Origin: Breznakia sp. PF5-3
Lineage (GTDB): Bacteria > Bacillota_I > Bacilli_A > Erysipelotrichales > Erysipelotrichaceae
NCBI RefSeq assembly: GCF_029504745.1
Contig: NZ_JAQFIQ010000003.1
Span: 30,001 to 62,000, forward strand
Length of the DNA stretch: 32,000 nucleotides
Reading direction: 5' to 3'
Below the pieces are notes generated by a model that saw only the letters and a program-made list of their open reading frames with translations, searched no databases and was not told the DNA's origin. The position numbers and the translations under genes are program-made. Of this stretch, positions 1 to 9,043 are shown piece by piece. How positions within the stretch are numbered: the stretch's first letter is position 1; each line of letters starts with the position of its first letter.

Positions 1-1
1 A

Positions 2-994
2 GAATCAAAAAAACCTAGTGGTGGTAGATTTGCTAACTTTGATTTTATTAAGAATGCAAAATATTTTGCCTTTGTTTCTTTAGCTGTTATTGTAATTGGA
101 GTTGGATCTATTGCTATGAATTTAGCGAATGGAAACGGTGCTCTTGATTTAGGAATTGATTTCTCAAGTGGTACAAGAATTACAATGGAAGCGGAGAAAT
201 CATTCAAAAGTGATACATTAGAAAAAGAATTAAAAGATTTAGGTGTTGATCCAAGTGATATTACACTATCAGGTAAAGGAAATACGGTTGCATCTGTTTC
301 GATAAAGGATGCAATTACAGAAGAACAACGTGAGAAGATTGCAGATTATATGAGTGAAAAATATAAAGCTGAAGTATCTGATTCTGTTGTATCTCCAATC
401 ATTGGTCAAGAGTTGGTAAAAAATGCCTTTATTATGTCGATTCTTTCATGGATTGGAATCTTGATTTATGTAAGTATTCGATTTAAATGGGATTATGCAA
501 TCAGTGGTATTGTGGCTTTAATTCATGATGTGTTCATCATTCTAGCGGTGTTTGCAATTTTCCGAATGGAAGTTACAACCGATATTATTGCTGTTGTGTT
601 GACGATTATTGGATACTCAATTAATGACTCTATAGTTGTCTTTGATAGAATGAGAGAAAATGTTGCTGCACATGGACGTAAAGCAATCAGTAATGAAGGA
701 TATTATGAAATTGTTAACAAATCGTTACAAGAAATAGTTGTTCGTTCAATTATTACTTCTGTAACAACGATTATCCCAGTAGTTTGTCTATTGATTTTTG
801 GAAGTAGAAATATTCTAGATTTCAATATTGCACTAATGGTTGGTCTTGTTGCTGGTACAGTTTCATCATTGTTTATTGCATCTCAACTATGGTACATTTT
901 ACGTATCAAGTTTAAACCAAAAAACAAGGTTAGAAAAAGACATAAAAAAGTTGATGAAGTAGAAGAACATATTATTCCAGGAGTAAATGACTAA
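2..994 (+). CDS. secF: Protein translocase subunit SecF (or SecF part of fused SecDF); 5' end lies outside the window
   Basis: Frame 2 is open from base 2 (ESKKPSGGRFANFDFIKNAKYFAF...) into the listed ORF 116..994. It has a SecF-like LGIDFSSGT motif, a multi-TM core and IGYSINDSIVVFDRMRE. Stop is TAA 992-994. Confidence 0.85.
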   Translation, partial: ESKKPSGGRFANFDFIKNAKYFAFVSLAVIVIGVGSIAMNLANGNGALDLGIDFSSGTRITMEAEKSFKSDTLEKELKDLGVDPSDITLSGKGNTVASVSIKDAITEEQREKIADYMSEKYKAEVSDSVVSPIIGQELVKNAFIMSILSWIGILIYVSIRFKWDYAISGIVALIHDVFIILAVFAIFRMEVTTDIIAVVLTIIGYSINDSIVVFDRMRENVAAHGRKAISNEGYYEIVNKSLQEIVVRSIITSVTTIIPVVCLLIFGSRNILDFNIALMVGLVAGTVSSLFIASQLWYILRIKFKPKNKVRKRHKKVDEVEEHIIPGVND

Positions 995-1019
995 AAGGAT
1001 GCATTGCATCCTTTTTTTG
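995..1019 (+). terminator. Rho-independent terminator after secF
   Basis: Perfect 8-bp stem aaggatgc (995-1002) / gcatcctt (1006-1013) with a 3-nt loop, followed by a T-run. Confidence 0.75.
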
Positions 1020-1045
1020 TGATAGAATGATAACAGGAGTTTTTT

Positions 1046-2638
1046 ATGATATATGAAGAATTAAAAGTAGATGGGTATCAAGTAATTCAAGAAAAGTATG
1101 GAATCAGTGAATTGGCAGCAAAGGTGTTAGCTAGTAAACATCTTGATGATGTAATGATAAATAAACTTTTATATACTGATATGAAAACATCAGATTTTGA
1201 TTTGTCTTTTATAAAAGATATTATTACTTGTATACAAAAAGCAAAACAGAATAATGAAAAAATTATGATCTGTGGGGATTATGACTGTGATGGGATTTGT
1301 GCGACCACGATTTTGTATGATGCATTGAAGCGATATGGTTGTGATTGTGGATACTATATCCCAGATCGTTTTACAGAAGGCTATGGAGTGAATATGAATA
1401 CGATTAAAGCGGCTGTAGAAAAAGATTACAAAGTGTTAATTACAGTTGATAATGGTGTGAAAGCTACAAATGAATTACAATTTGCAAAAGAACAAGGGTT
1501 ACAGGTTATTTTGAGTGATCATCATGCTTACGATGAAGAAGATTTAGTATATGACTATTTCTTGCACCCCAACATTTTAGATCCCTTTTATGGGAAGCTG
1601 TGTGGAACAGGATTAGCATATTTAATTAGCAAAGCTTTAATTGGTGATGATCCTTATCATACCGTGTTGGCTTGTATTGCTACAGTTGGAGATATGGTAG
1701 GAGTCTTGGATGCGAATCGAGTAATTATCAAAGAAGGAATTCATTTATTAAAAACGATGGATTTTCCAGCAATTACATTATTAAGCGATACAAGTAACCA
1801 TTGGGATGCAACAAAAATAGCTTTTCAAATAGTCCCCAAAATGAATGCATTGGGAAGACTTGCAGATGAAGCAAATGTGAATACACTAGTTCGTTATTTG
1901 CTGATAAGAGATCGAGCATCACTTGAAAAGGTAGCTGTTCAAATAAATCGATTGAATGAAAAGCGCAAGAAGATAAGCGCAACAAATGAAAAAGAAGCAT
2001 TATCGTTAGTAGATGAAACACAAGCTTTTATTATTGTGAATAGCGAATCTTTTCATGAAGGGTTAAATGGTGTTGTAGCGGCTAAAATAAGTAAAAAATA
2101 TCAACGTCCTGCAATGGTTCTTACACAAAAAGGTTCAACTTTAAAGGGAAGTATTCGCAGTGTTGGTATTGATATTTCTACGTTCTTTGATGAATTCAAA
2201 GATCAACTATTAAGTTTTGGTGGGCATCGACAAGCTGCAGGTATTTCTTTAAAGGAAACAGTACTTGAAGATTTGATAGATTATACACAAATGAAATGTG
2301 AAATAGAGTTTAAGGAAGAGCATCAGCCATACCTTTCATTGAAAAGAGAAGATGTTACTTTGAAAGCAATAGAATCATTATCATCTTTAGAACCTTTTGG
2401 AGTTGATTTTGAAAAACCCAAGTTCATGATTTATGAAGATGAATTGGATGCATCTGTAATGAGTAATGGATTGCATTTAAAATTTAAGTCTCCTTATATG
2501 GAATATGTGTATTTCCAACATGGACATTTGTTGAATTCTCTAGCAGGGAAGCCAATTACTTTTATAGGTGATTTAGGCATTAATGTATTTCGAAATAAAA
2601 AAACTGTTAACATGATTGTAGATGATGTGATAGAATAA
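1046..2638 (+). CDS. recJ: Single-stranded-DNA-specific exonuclease RecJ (short form, 530 aa)
   Basis: DHH-family motifs CGDYDCDG, ITVDNG, LSDHHA and GGHRQAAG (DHHA1). RBS is caggag upstream of the ATG. The secDF-recJ-apt-rel synteny matches Bacillus. Confidence 0.9.
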   Translation: MIYEELKVDGYQVIQEKYGISELAAKVLASKHLDDVMINKLLYTDMKTSDFDLSFIKDIITCIQKAKQNNEKIMICGDYDCDGICATTILYDALKRYGCDCGYYIPDRFTEGYGVNMNTIKAAVEKDYKVLITVDNGVKATNELQFAKEQGLQVILSDHHAYDEEDLVYDYFLHPNILDPFYGKLCGTGLAYLISKALIGDDPYHTVLACIATVGDMVGVLDANRVIIKEGIHLLKTMDFPAITLLSDTSNHWDATKIAFQIVPKMNALGRLADEANVNTLVRYLLIRDRASLEKVAVQINRLNEKRKKISATNEKEALSLVDETQAFIIVNSESFHEGLNGVVAAKISKKYQRPAMVLTQKGSTLKGSIRSVGIDISTFFDEFKDQLLSFGGHRQAAGISLKETVLEDLIDYTQMKCEIEFKEEHQPYLSLKREDVTLKAIESLSSLEPFGVDFEKPKFMIYEDELDASVMSNGLHLKFKSPYMEYVYFQHGHLLNSLAGKPITFIGDLGINVFRNKKTVNMIVDDVIE

Positions 2639-2655
2639 GTTTTAGAGGTGTTGAG

Positions 2656-3171
2656 ATGGATTATAAAAAATATATAGCAGAAGTGCAAGATTTTCCGATT
2701 GAAGGTGTTTTGTTTTATGATATTACACCAATTATGCAAAATGGAAAAGCATTTAAAACGGCATGTAATGATATGATTGCATTTGCCAAAGAAGTTGGAG
2801 CCGAGGTGATTGTTGGACCTGAATCTAGAGGATTTATCTTTGGTTGTCCAGTGGCCTATGATCTTGAGATAGGATTTGTCCCTATTCGTAAGCCCAACAA
2901 ATTACCTAGAAAAACAGAAAGTATTAAATATGATTTAGAATATGGTTCTAATGAATTACATATTCATGCAGATGCGATACAAAAAGGTCAAAGAGTTTTA
3001 ATTATCGATGATTTGTTAGCAACTGGTGGTACAGTAAAAGGAACCATTGATTTAGTAGAAAAATTAGGTGGCGAAGTAGTAGGATGTAATTTCTTGATTG
3101 AATTAGAGGATTTACATGGTCGTGATTTACTTGATAACTATAAAGTAAACTCGCTTATAAAGTATAAATAA
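2656..3171 (+). CDS. apt: Adenine phosphoribosyltransferase
   Basis: 171 aa with DFPIEGVLFYDITP, GPESRGFIFG and the PRPP loop VLIIDDLLATGGT. RBS is agaggtg. Confidence 0.95.
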   Translation: MDYKKYIAEVQDFPIEGVLFYDITPIMQNGKAFKTACNDMIAFAKEVGAEVIVGPESRGFIFGCPVAYDLEIGFVPIRKPNKLPRKTESIKYDLEYGSNELHIHADAIQKGQRVLIIDDLLATGGTVKGTIDLVEKLGGEVVGCNFLIELEDLHGRDLLDNYKVNSLIKYK

Positions 3172-3193
3172 AGTGTGTCATAACACTTTTTTA
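3170..3193 (+). terminator. Rho-independent terminator after apt
   Basis: Stem aaagtgt / acacttt with a short loop, followed by a T-run at 3187-3192. Confidence 0.6.
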
Positions 3194-3205
3194 TTTGGGT
3201 GGATG

Positions 3206-3214
3206 TGTTATAAT
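3206..3214 (+). promoter_or_regulatory. Extended -10 promoter (TGtTATAAT) for rel
   Basis: TGtTATAAT lies about 30 nt upstream of the rel ATG. No good -35 is visible. Confidence 0.4.
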
Positions 3215-3242
3215 TGTAACAATTATAAAAGGGGGTCTTATT

Positions 3243-5438
3243 ATGAGTGAAACAACAATTCAATTCTCAGATGTTTTAAATGAGGCCAAAATTTATATAA
3301 AGAAAGAAGAGAGTATACAACTTTTAAAAGATGCTTTTGAATTTGCTGATAAAATGCATAAAGGTCAGTATCGCAAAAGTGGTGAACCTTATATAATTCA
3401 TGTTCTTCATGTAGGAAAGATCCTAGCGGATCTTCGTACGGGTCCAAAAACAATTTCTGCAGGGTTATTGCATGATGTGATTGAGGATTGTGAAGTTTGT
3501 GAAGATGAATTCAAAGAGCGTTTTGGTGCAGAAGTATTTACCTTAGTAGAAGCAGTTACCAAGATTGGACATTTGAAGTTTAATGATGAAGAAGAATATT
3601 TAGCTAGTAATCATCGTAAGATTTTCATTGCTATGGCGAATGATGTACGTGTTATTTTAATAAAACTTGCAGACCGTTTGCATAATATGCGAACACTGCA
3701 GTATATGAAAAAAGAAAAGCAAAAGAAAATTGCTGCTGAAACCTTAGATGTATATGCACCAATTGCACATCGTTTAGGGATTAGTGAAATTAAAAATGAA
3801 CTTGAAGATCTTAGTTTTCATTATTTGAATCCTGAAAAGTATTATGAGATTGCAAAGCTGGTAGAAGATCGTAAAAGTGAAAGAGATACTCAAGTACAAA
3901 CGATGATCTCTGATTTTTCAAAGATTTTGGATGAACACAAATTACAATATAGAATGTTTGGACGAAGCAAACATTTGTATAGTATTTACAAAAAAATGAT
4001 TAATAAAAATAAGCGCTTTGAAGAAATATTAGATTTATTAGCGATTCGAATTGTTACCAACAGTGAAGTAGCGTGTTATGAAATTTTAGGATATATCCAT
4101 GCGAAATATACACCAATTCCTGGACGTTTTAAAGATTATATAGCAATGCCTAAGATGAATATGTATCAATCCTTACATACGACGATTGTTGGTGGTGAAG
4201 GGAATATTTTTGAAGTGCAGATCCGTACCGAGCAAATGGATGAAATTGCGGAACGAGGAGTTGCTGCCCACTGGCGTTATAAAGAAAACAATTATGTAAA
4301 AGAACAGCAACAAAAAGAAATTGAAGAACAATTACACTGGTTTAAAGATTTTGCTATTATGAGTGAAGATGTAGATGAAGATGCAAAATCCTTCATGAAT
4401 TTAATCAGTAAAGATATTTTTGAAGCGAATGTTTATGTAATGAGTCCAAAAGGGAAAGTCATTGCTTTGCCAAGTGGTTCGACACCACTTGATTTTGCCT
4501 ATCGAATTCATACTGAAGTTGGACATCAAACTATTGGAGCAACTGTAAATGGTGTTTTGGTACCATTAAACACACCATTGAAAACAGGTGATGTTGTAAA
4601 CATTAAGACAAACAAGGCTTCAACACCTAGTGAAGACTGGTTGAAGATTGTGAAATCAAATCATGCACGAAATAAAATTCGTTCATATTTCCAACGTATC
4701 AAACAAGCAGAAAAAGAAGATGGCGCAGAAAAAGGAAAATCTATGTTAGAAGCCGATCTTATTCGACGAGGTTTTGACGCGAAAGAATATATGACAACTA
4801 AACATATTGAAACTTTAGCAGGACAGTTGAAAATGCATACAATGTTGGATTTATATTATGCAATCTATTGTAAGGCGGTTTCTTTACAATCTGTTATTGA
4901 AAAACTTACACATCAAAAAACAGCTACGACTGCATTAAAGGATATTGATATTAAAGCACATACTAAAAAAGATACACATATTCATTCTGCTAGTAAATAT
5001 GGAGTGAGAGTACCTGGTATCGATAGTATTGTAATATCGCTATCACCATGTTGTTCACCAATTCCAGGAGATGAAATCGTTGGTTATATCACAAAAGGGC
5101 AAGGTGTAAAAGTACATCGTAAAGAATGTCCGAATGTTCAAGAAGTGAAAGAACGCTTAATCAATGTTGAATGGGAAGATGATTTAGCATATCGTGATTA
5201 TGAAGTGAATCTGGTTATTCATTCAACGGATCGGAATTATTTATTGAGTGATATTGTTACGGTGTCTTCACAATGTAAAGTAGGGTTACAACATGTAGAT
5301 TCAAAAGTAAATGAAGATGGACTTCATGCGACTACCAAATTGACAGTGCTTGTTCACAATGCAGAACATTTAAAAACATTAATGACAAATTTGCGTAAAG
5401 TAATTAGTGTGAATGAGGTAGAAAGAGTTATTCTGTAA
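3243..5438 (+). CDS. rel: Bifunctional (p)ppGpp synthetase/hydrolase Rel (long RSH)
   Basis: HD hydrolase motifs (HVLHV, LLHDVIED); synthetase motifs (RSKHLYSIYKKM, DLLAIRIV, YQSLHTT, FEVQIRTEQMDEIAERGVAAHWRYK); TGS, a CC..H..C zinc-finger region and a C-terminal ACT-like domain. Start is re-set to ATG 3243 behind the RBS aaaggggg. The track start at 3195 is a TTG extension. Confidence 0.95.
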   Translation: MSETTIQFSDVLNEAKIYIKKEESIQLLKDAFEFADKMHKGQYRKSGEPYIIHVLHVGKILADLRTGPKTISAGLLHDVIEDCEVCEDEFKERFGAEVFTLVEAVTKIGHLKFNDEEEYLASNHRKIFIAMANDVRVILIKLADRLHNMRTLQYMKKEKQKKIAAETLDVYAPIAHRLGISEIKNELEDLSFHYLNPEKYYEIAKLVEDRKSERDTQVQTMISDFSKILDEHKLQYRMFGRSKHLYSIYKKMINKNKRFEEILDLLAIRIVTNSEVACYEILGYIHAKYTPIPGRFKDYIAMPKMNMYQSLHTTIVGGEGNIFEVQIRTEQMDEIAERGVAAHWRYKENNYVKEQQQKEIEEQLHWFKDFAIMSEDVDEDAKSFMNLISKDIFEANVYVMSPKGKVIALPSGSTPLDFAYRIHTEVGHQTIGATVNGVLVPLNTPLKTGDVVNIKTNKASTPSEDWLKIVKSNHARNKIRSYFQRIKQAEKEDGAEKGKSMLEADLIRRGFDAKEYMTTKHIETLAGQLKMHTMLDLYYAIYCKAVSLQSVIEKLTHQKTATTALKDIDIKAHTKKDTHIHSASKYGVRVPGIDSIVISLSPCCSPIPGDEIVGYITKGQGVKVHRKECPNVQEVKERLINVEWEDDLAYRDYEVNLVIHSTDRNYLLSDIVTVSSQCKVGLQHVDSKVNEDGLHATTKLTVLVHNAEHLKTLMTNLRKVISVNEVERVIL

Positions 5439-5441
5439 GTA

Positions 5442-5470
5442 TTGCTATTTTATATATTAAATGATAAACT
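5442..5470 (+). promoter_or_regulatory. Promoter of the hisS-aspS leader (TTGCTA-17-TAAACT with TGn)
   Basis: -35 TTGCTA at 5442-5447, a 17-nt spacer ending in tga, and -10 TAAACT at 5465-5470. This places the TSS just upstream of the T-box GA motif. Confidence 0.45.
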
Positions 5471-5476
5471 ATGAAC

Positions 5477-5689
5477 TATAATCGATGAAAAAGAGCTTTT
5501 TATTGGAAAGATTAATAGAGAGGAAACAATTGCTGGAAGTTTCTATCTACACAATAAATTGGACGCTTTGGAGATGCTGTTTAATCGCAGCCGGATGCTT
5601 ACCGTTACAAGTATGAGTGCATATCTATTGGATATGAACTAAGGTGGTACCGCGTATGTTTACGTCCTTAGCGATAAGGACGTTTTTTA
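5477..5689 (+). promoter_or_regulatory. T-box leader (tRNA-sensing riboswitch), probable His specifier, with intrinsic terminator
   Basis: GA/K-turn motif gatga at 5484-5488. Stem I has the tttattg/caataaa helix (5499-5505 / 5552-5558), an AGAGA bulge near 5517-5521 and a distal loop ttgctggaa. Candidate specifier is CAC at 5550-5552, followed by A. The T-box core aaggtggtaccgcg is at 5641-5654. The terminator is acgtcctta-gcga-taaggacgt plus a T-run (5662-5689). Confidence 0.9.
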
Positions 5690-5706
5690 TTTTAAGGAGA
5701 GTAAAG

Positions 5707-7023
5707 ATGAAAAATTATCAAACCCCAAGAGGAACTTATGACATTTTACCTAAGGATATTTCAAAGTGGCATCAAATTGAAGATGTAATTCGTCAATTTT
5801 GTATGCTTTATGATTATAAAGAAATTCGTACACCAATGTTTGAAGATACAGGTGTTTTTAAAAGAGAAAATGATTCTAGTGATATGGTGAACAAGGAAAT
5901 GTATACATTTTCATTGAATGAAAAAGATTCACTGACATTGCGTCCAGAAATGACAGCAGGCGTTGTTAGAAGCTTTGTACAACATAAGATGTATGGAGAA
6001 GGGGATTTACCTGCAAAGATGTACTATATTGGCCCTCAGTTCCGCTATGAACGCCCACAAAAAGGAAGACAGAGAATTTTCCATCAATTTGGTGTAGAAG
6101 TTATTGGTGCTAAAAATGCTTTGTTAGATGTAGAAACGATTGCATTAGGATATTCTATTGTTTCAGCGCTAGGGATGAGTGAGTTGAAAGTATTGCTGAA
6201 TACACTTGGTGACAATGAGAGTAGAGTTCGTTATAAAGAAGCTTTACGGGAACACTTTGCAAAAGGTATCGATGATATGTGTGTGGATTGCAAACGTCGT
6301 TTACAACAAAACCCTTTACGTCTTTTAGATTGTAAAGTAGACAAAGATTTAGAAATTATGAAAAAAGCACCTAAGATTCAAGATTATTTAAATGAAGCAT
6401 CAAGTGAATATTTTAAATCTGTATGTGAAGGTCTTGATGCCTTAGGGATTCCTTATGAAATTGATGAACGTTTAGTTCGAGGTTTAGATTATTATACAGA
6501 TACAGTATTTGAGGTCGTATCAACAAATGATCAGATGGGTTCACAATCAACCGTATTTGCTGGTGGTCGCTATGATGGCTTAGTTGAATATTTTGGTGGA
6601 CCAGAGATGTCAGGGATTGGATTTGCAATGGGAATTGAGCGATTGATTATTGCATTAGAAGGTGAAGGCATTGCACTGGGAAGCGAAGAAAACTTGGATG
6701 CATATGTATTGTGTTTAAGTGAAAAAGCATCGCTAGAGGCCTTAAAAATCGTTACAGCGCTAAGAGCTGCAGGCTATACATGTGAGAGAGATTATTTAAA
6801 TCGTTCGTTCAAAGCACAATTTAAAAGTGTTGAACGCAAACAAGCAAAATGTGCAGTGATTCTTGGTGAAAAAGATTTAGAAAACAATACGGTTACAATC
6901 AAAGAAATAGCAACTCAGCAACAACATGTTGTTGCCCTTGATAAAGTTGTTGAAACATTTGATTTAATATTCGAAAATGAAGAAGAATGCACTTGTGAAG
7001 GTGAGTGCCACTGTGGGGAGTAG
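5707..7023 (+). CDS. hisS: Histidine--tRNA ligase
   Basis: MKNYQTPRGTYDILP, class II motifs (LRPEMT, FRYERPQKGRQRIFHQFGVE, GGRYDGL, GFAMGIERL). Start is ATG 5707 behind the RBS aaggagag. The track start at 5644 lies inside the T-box. Confidence 0.95.
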   Translation: MKNYQTPRGTYDILPKDISKWHQIEDVIRQFCMLYDYKEIRTPMFEDTGVFKRENDSSDMVNKEMYTFSLNEKDSLTLRPEMTAGVVRSFVQHKMYGEGDLPAKMYYIGPQFRYERPQKGRQRIFHQFGVEVIGAKNALLDVETIALGYSIVSALGMSELKVLLNTLGDNESRVRYKEALREHFAKGIDDMCVDCKRRLQQNPLRLLDCKVDKDLEIMKKAPKIQDYLNEASSEYFKSVCEGLDALGIPYEIDERLVRGLDYYTDTVFEVVSTNDQMGSQSTVFAGGRYDGLVEYFGGPEMSGIGFAMGIERLIIALEGEGIALGSEENLDAYVLCLSEKASLEALKIVTALRAAGYTCERDYLNRSFKAQFKSVERKQAKCAVILGEKDLENNTVTIKEIATQQQHVVALDKVVETFDLIFENEEECTCEGECHCGE

Positions 7024-7027
7024 ACAA

Positions 7028-8776
7028 ATGAAAAGAACACATACAAATGGAGAATTAAGAATTGGTGATGTTGGAAAAAAGGTTGAATTAATTGGTTGGG
7101 TAGCAAAACGGCGTAATTTTGGAGCACTTGTGTTTATTGATTTACGTGATCGTTATGGGATAACACAACTTGTTTTTGATGAGGTACAAGCAATGGAAAT
7201 TCAAGCTGTCCGAAATGAATATATATTACAAGTGAGTGGTATTGTAAGTGAACGTAAAGATAAAAATCCTAAGTTGTCAACTGGTGATATTGAAATTAAA
7301 GTGGATAACGTGAATATCGTTAATAGTGCAGAAACAACACCATTGATTATTGCAGATGAAACAGATGCATTAGAAGATACACGGTTGACATATCGTTATT
7401 TAGATTTACGTCGACCACAAATGCAGAAAAAATTAATGACACGTCACAAAATTACTAAAACAATGCGTCGCTTTCTAGATGATTTAGATTTTGTGGAAAT
7501 TGAAACTCCTGTTTTAACGAAATCAACCCCAGAGGGCGCTAGAGATTATTTGGTGCCTAGTAGACTTCACAAAGGAGAATTTTATGCATTGCCACAATCT
7601 CCTCAACTCTTTAAGCAATTGTTGATGATTTCTGGATTTGAGCGATATTATCAAGTAGCAAAATGTTTTCGTGATGAAGATTTGCGTGCTGATCGTCAAC
7701 CTGATTTCACACAAGTTGATATTGAAACTTCATTTTTGAGTGAAGATGAAATTCTAACAATGTTGGAACAGTTGATGAAAAAAGTTATGAAAGAAGTACG
7801 AGATATAGATTTGAAGATACCATTTTTACGTTTACCTTACAAAGAAGCAATGAATCGCTATGGAAGTGATAAACCAGATAACCGCTTTGCTTTAGAATTA
7901 CAAGATATTACAGATATATTTTCAAATTCTGATTTTAAAGTATTCAAAGACACGTATAATCAAGAGGGAGCAATTAAAGCAATTGTCATCCCTAATAAGG
8001 CTAGCATGTCAAGAAAAGAAATTGACAAATTAACAGATTTAGCTAAAAAATATGGAGCCAAAGGATTGGTGTCTTTAAAATATCAAAATGATGTCTTAGA
8101 AGGTGGAGTTGTAAAGTTCTTTCATGAGGAAGAAATTTCTGCATTATCAAAACGGTTATCATTGAAAAATAATGATCTTATTTTGATAAGCAGTGATAAA
8201 TGGGAAACAGCTTGTGAAGTTTTAGGGGCATTACGTTCACATTTTGGAAAGGTATTAGAATTAAGTGATGATAATGATTTTTCATTTTTATGGGTTACAG
8301 ATTTTCCTTTGTTTGAATACAGTGAAGAAGATGCTCGTTACTATGCAAAACACCATCCATTTACAAGACCAAAGGATGAGGATTTACCAAAGTTAGAAAG
8401 TAATCCTGAAGCCGTTCATGCAGCTGCTTATGATATGGTTTTGAATGGTTATGAAATCGGAGGAGGTTCCCTTCGTATTTATGATAATGATTTACAAACA
8501 AAGATTTTTTCATTGCTTGGATTTAGTGATGAAGAAATCGAAAACCGCTTTGGTTTCTTTGTGAATGCATTTAAATATGGTACACCACCACATGGTGGAT
8601 TTGCATTTGGATTGGATCGTGTTGCAATGTTATTGTCCAACTCTGAATCTATTCGTGATGTTATAGCATTCCCAAAAAATGCAGCTGCGCGATGTATGAT
8701 GAGTGGTGCTCCAAGTAAAGTGGATGATAGTCAACTAGAAGAATTACACTTAAATATTGTGGAAGAAGATGAATAA
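7028..8776 (+). CDS. aspS: Aspartate--tRNA ligase
   Basis: MKRTHTNGELR N-terminus, OB domain, FRDEDLRADRQPDFTQVD, GGGSLRI and GLDRVAML. Start is ATG 7028 behind the RBS ggggag. The track start at 6977 overlaps hisS. Confidence 0.95.
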   Translation: MKRTHTNGELRIGDVGKKVELIGWVAKRRNFGALVFIDLRDRYGITQLVFDEVQAMEIQAVRNEYILQVSGIVSERKDKNPKLSTGDIEIKVDNVNIVNSAETTPLIIADETDALEDTRLTYRYLDLRRPQMQKKLMTRHKITKTMRRFLDDLDFVEIETPVLTKSTPEGARDYLVPSRLHKGEFYALPQSPQLFKQLLMISGFERYYQVAKCFRDEDLRADRQPDFTQVDIETSFLSEDEILTMLEQLMKKVMKEVRDIDLKIPFLRLPYKEAMNRYGSDKPDNRFALELQDITDIFSNSDFKVFKDTYNQEGAIKAIVIPNKASMSRKEIDKLTDLAKKYGAKGLVSLKYQNDVLEGGVVKFFHEEEISALSKRLSLKNNDLILISSDKWETACEVLGALRSHFGKVLELSDDNDFSFLWVTDFPLFEYSEEDARYYAKHHPFTRPKDEDLPKLESNPEAVHAAAYDMVLNGYEIGGGSLRIYDNDLQTKIFSLLGFSDEEIENRFGFFVNAFKYGTPPHGGFAFGLDRVAMLLSNSESIRDVIAFPKNAAARCMMSGAPSKVDDSQLEELHLNIVEEDE

Positions 8777-8860
8777 ATAAAGATTTTAAAAGTATGAAAT
8801 TGATCATTTTTATAAGCATATTTCAAAAATAATTACAAGACTGGCATTTAAGAAATAGAT

Positions 8861-8869
8861 TGCTATAAT
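8861..8869 (+). promoter_or_regulatory. Extended -10 promoter (TGcTATAAT) driving the ncRNA
   Basis: TGcTATAAT lies 5-7 nt upstream of the first base of the terminal helix of the structured RNA. Confidence 0.5.
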
Positions 8870-8873
8870 ATAA

Positions 8874-9030
8874 GTGTCTAGGAGTTCAAAATTTTTCCGA
8901 CGCTTAGAGATAAGGGGATTCGGATGTCATACCTTCATGTTGAAGACCTTTGCATTGCTCAGGGATCCTAAAAAGGATATGCAGAAACCCCACCTGTATT
9001 TAAACAGGGGAAAACTCTCCTCCTAGACGT
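8874..9030 (+). ncRNA. ssrS: Probable 6S RNA (SsrS/BsrA-like)
   Basis: It has its own promoter, no credible ORF, and a terminator downstream. A 9-bp closing helix joins 8876-8884 and 9020-9028, and a second helix joins 8893-8898 and 9009-9014. Internal hairpins are cttca/tgaag (8933-8945), tgcat..atcct-aaaa-aggat..atgca (8951-8983) and cctgt/acagg (8993-9008). It occupies the same position (downstream of aspS) as bsrA in B. subtilis. Confidence 0.6.
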
Positions 9031-9043
9031 AAAAAGAAACAAG

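Noticed and set aside
3195-3242. N-terminal extensions in the ORF track (rel 3195, hisS 5644, aspS 6977, xpt 9718, ttcA-like 10451, nusB 13960, ispA 15793, recN 19288, gpsA 26315, acidic protein 29217)
   Set aside because: In each case an internal ATG preceded by a GGAG-type RBS at 5-10 nt gives the N-terminus typical of the family. The extension either overlaps the upstream gene or a regulatory RNA (for example the T-box) or starts at a non-ATG codon without an RBS.
8924-8971. 15-codon mini-ORF (MSYLHVEDLCIAQGS) with an aagggg RBS-like sequence inside the 6S RNA candidate
   Set aside because: The RBS-like GGGG and most of the ORF are predicted to be base-paired within the RNA structure. The position and architecture fit 6S RNA better than a peptide gene. 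Only Ribo-seq could exclude it.
8874-9030. Alternative identities for the structured RNA: SRP (4.5S/scRNA) RNA, tmRNA, RNase P RNA, or a cis-regulatory leader
   Set aside because: There is no SRP domain-IV-type conserved loop motif. It is far too short for RNase P or tmRNA and has no tRNA-like end or tag ORF. No downstream gene on the same strand exists for a leader to regulate.
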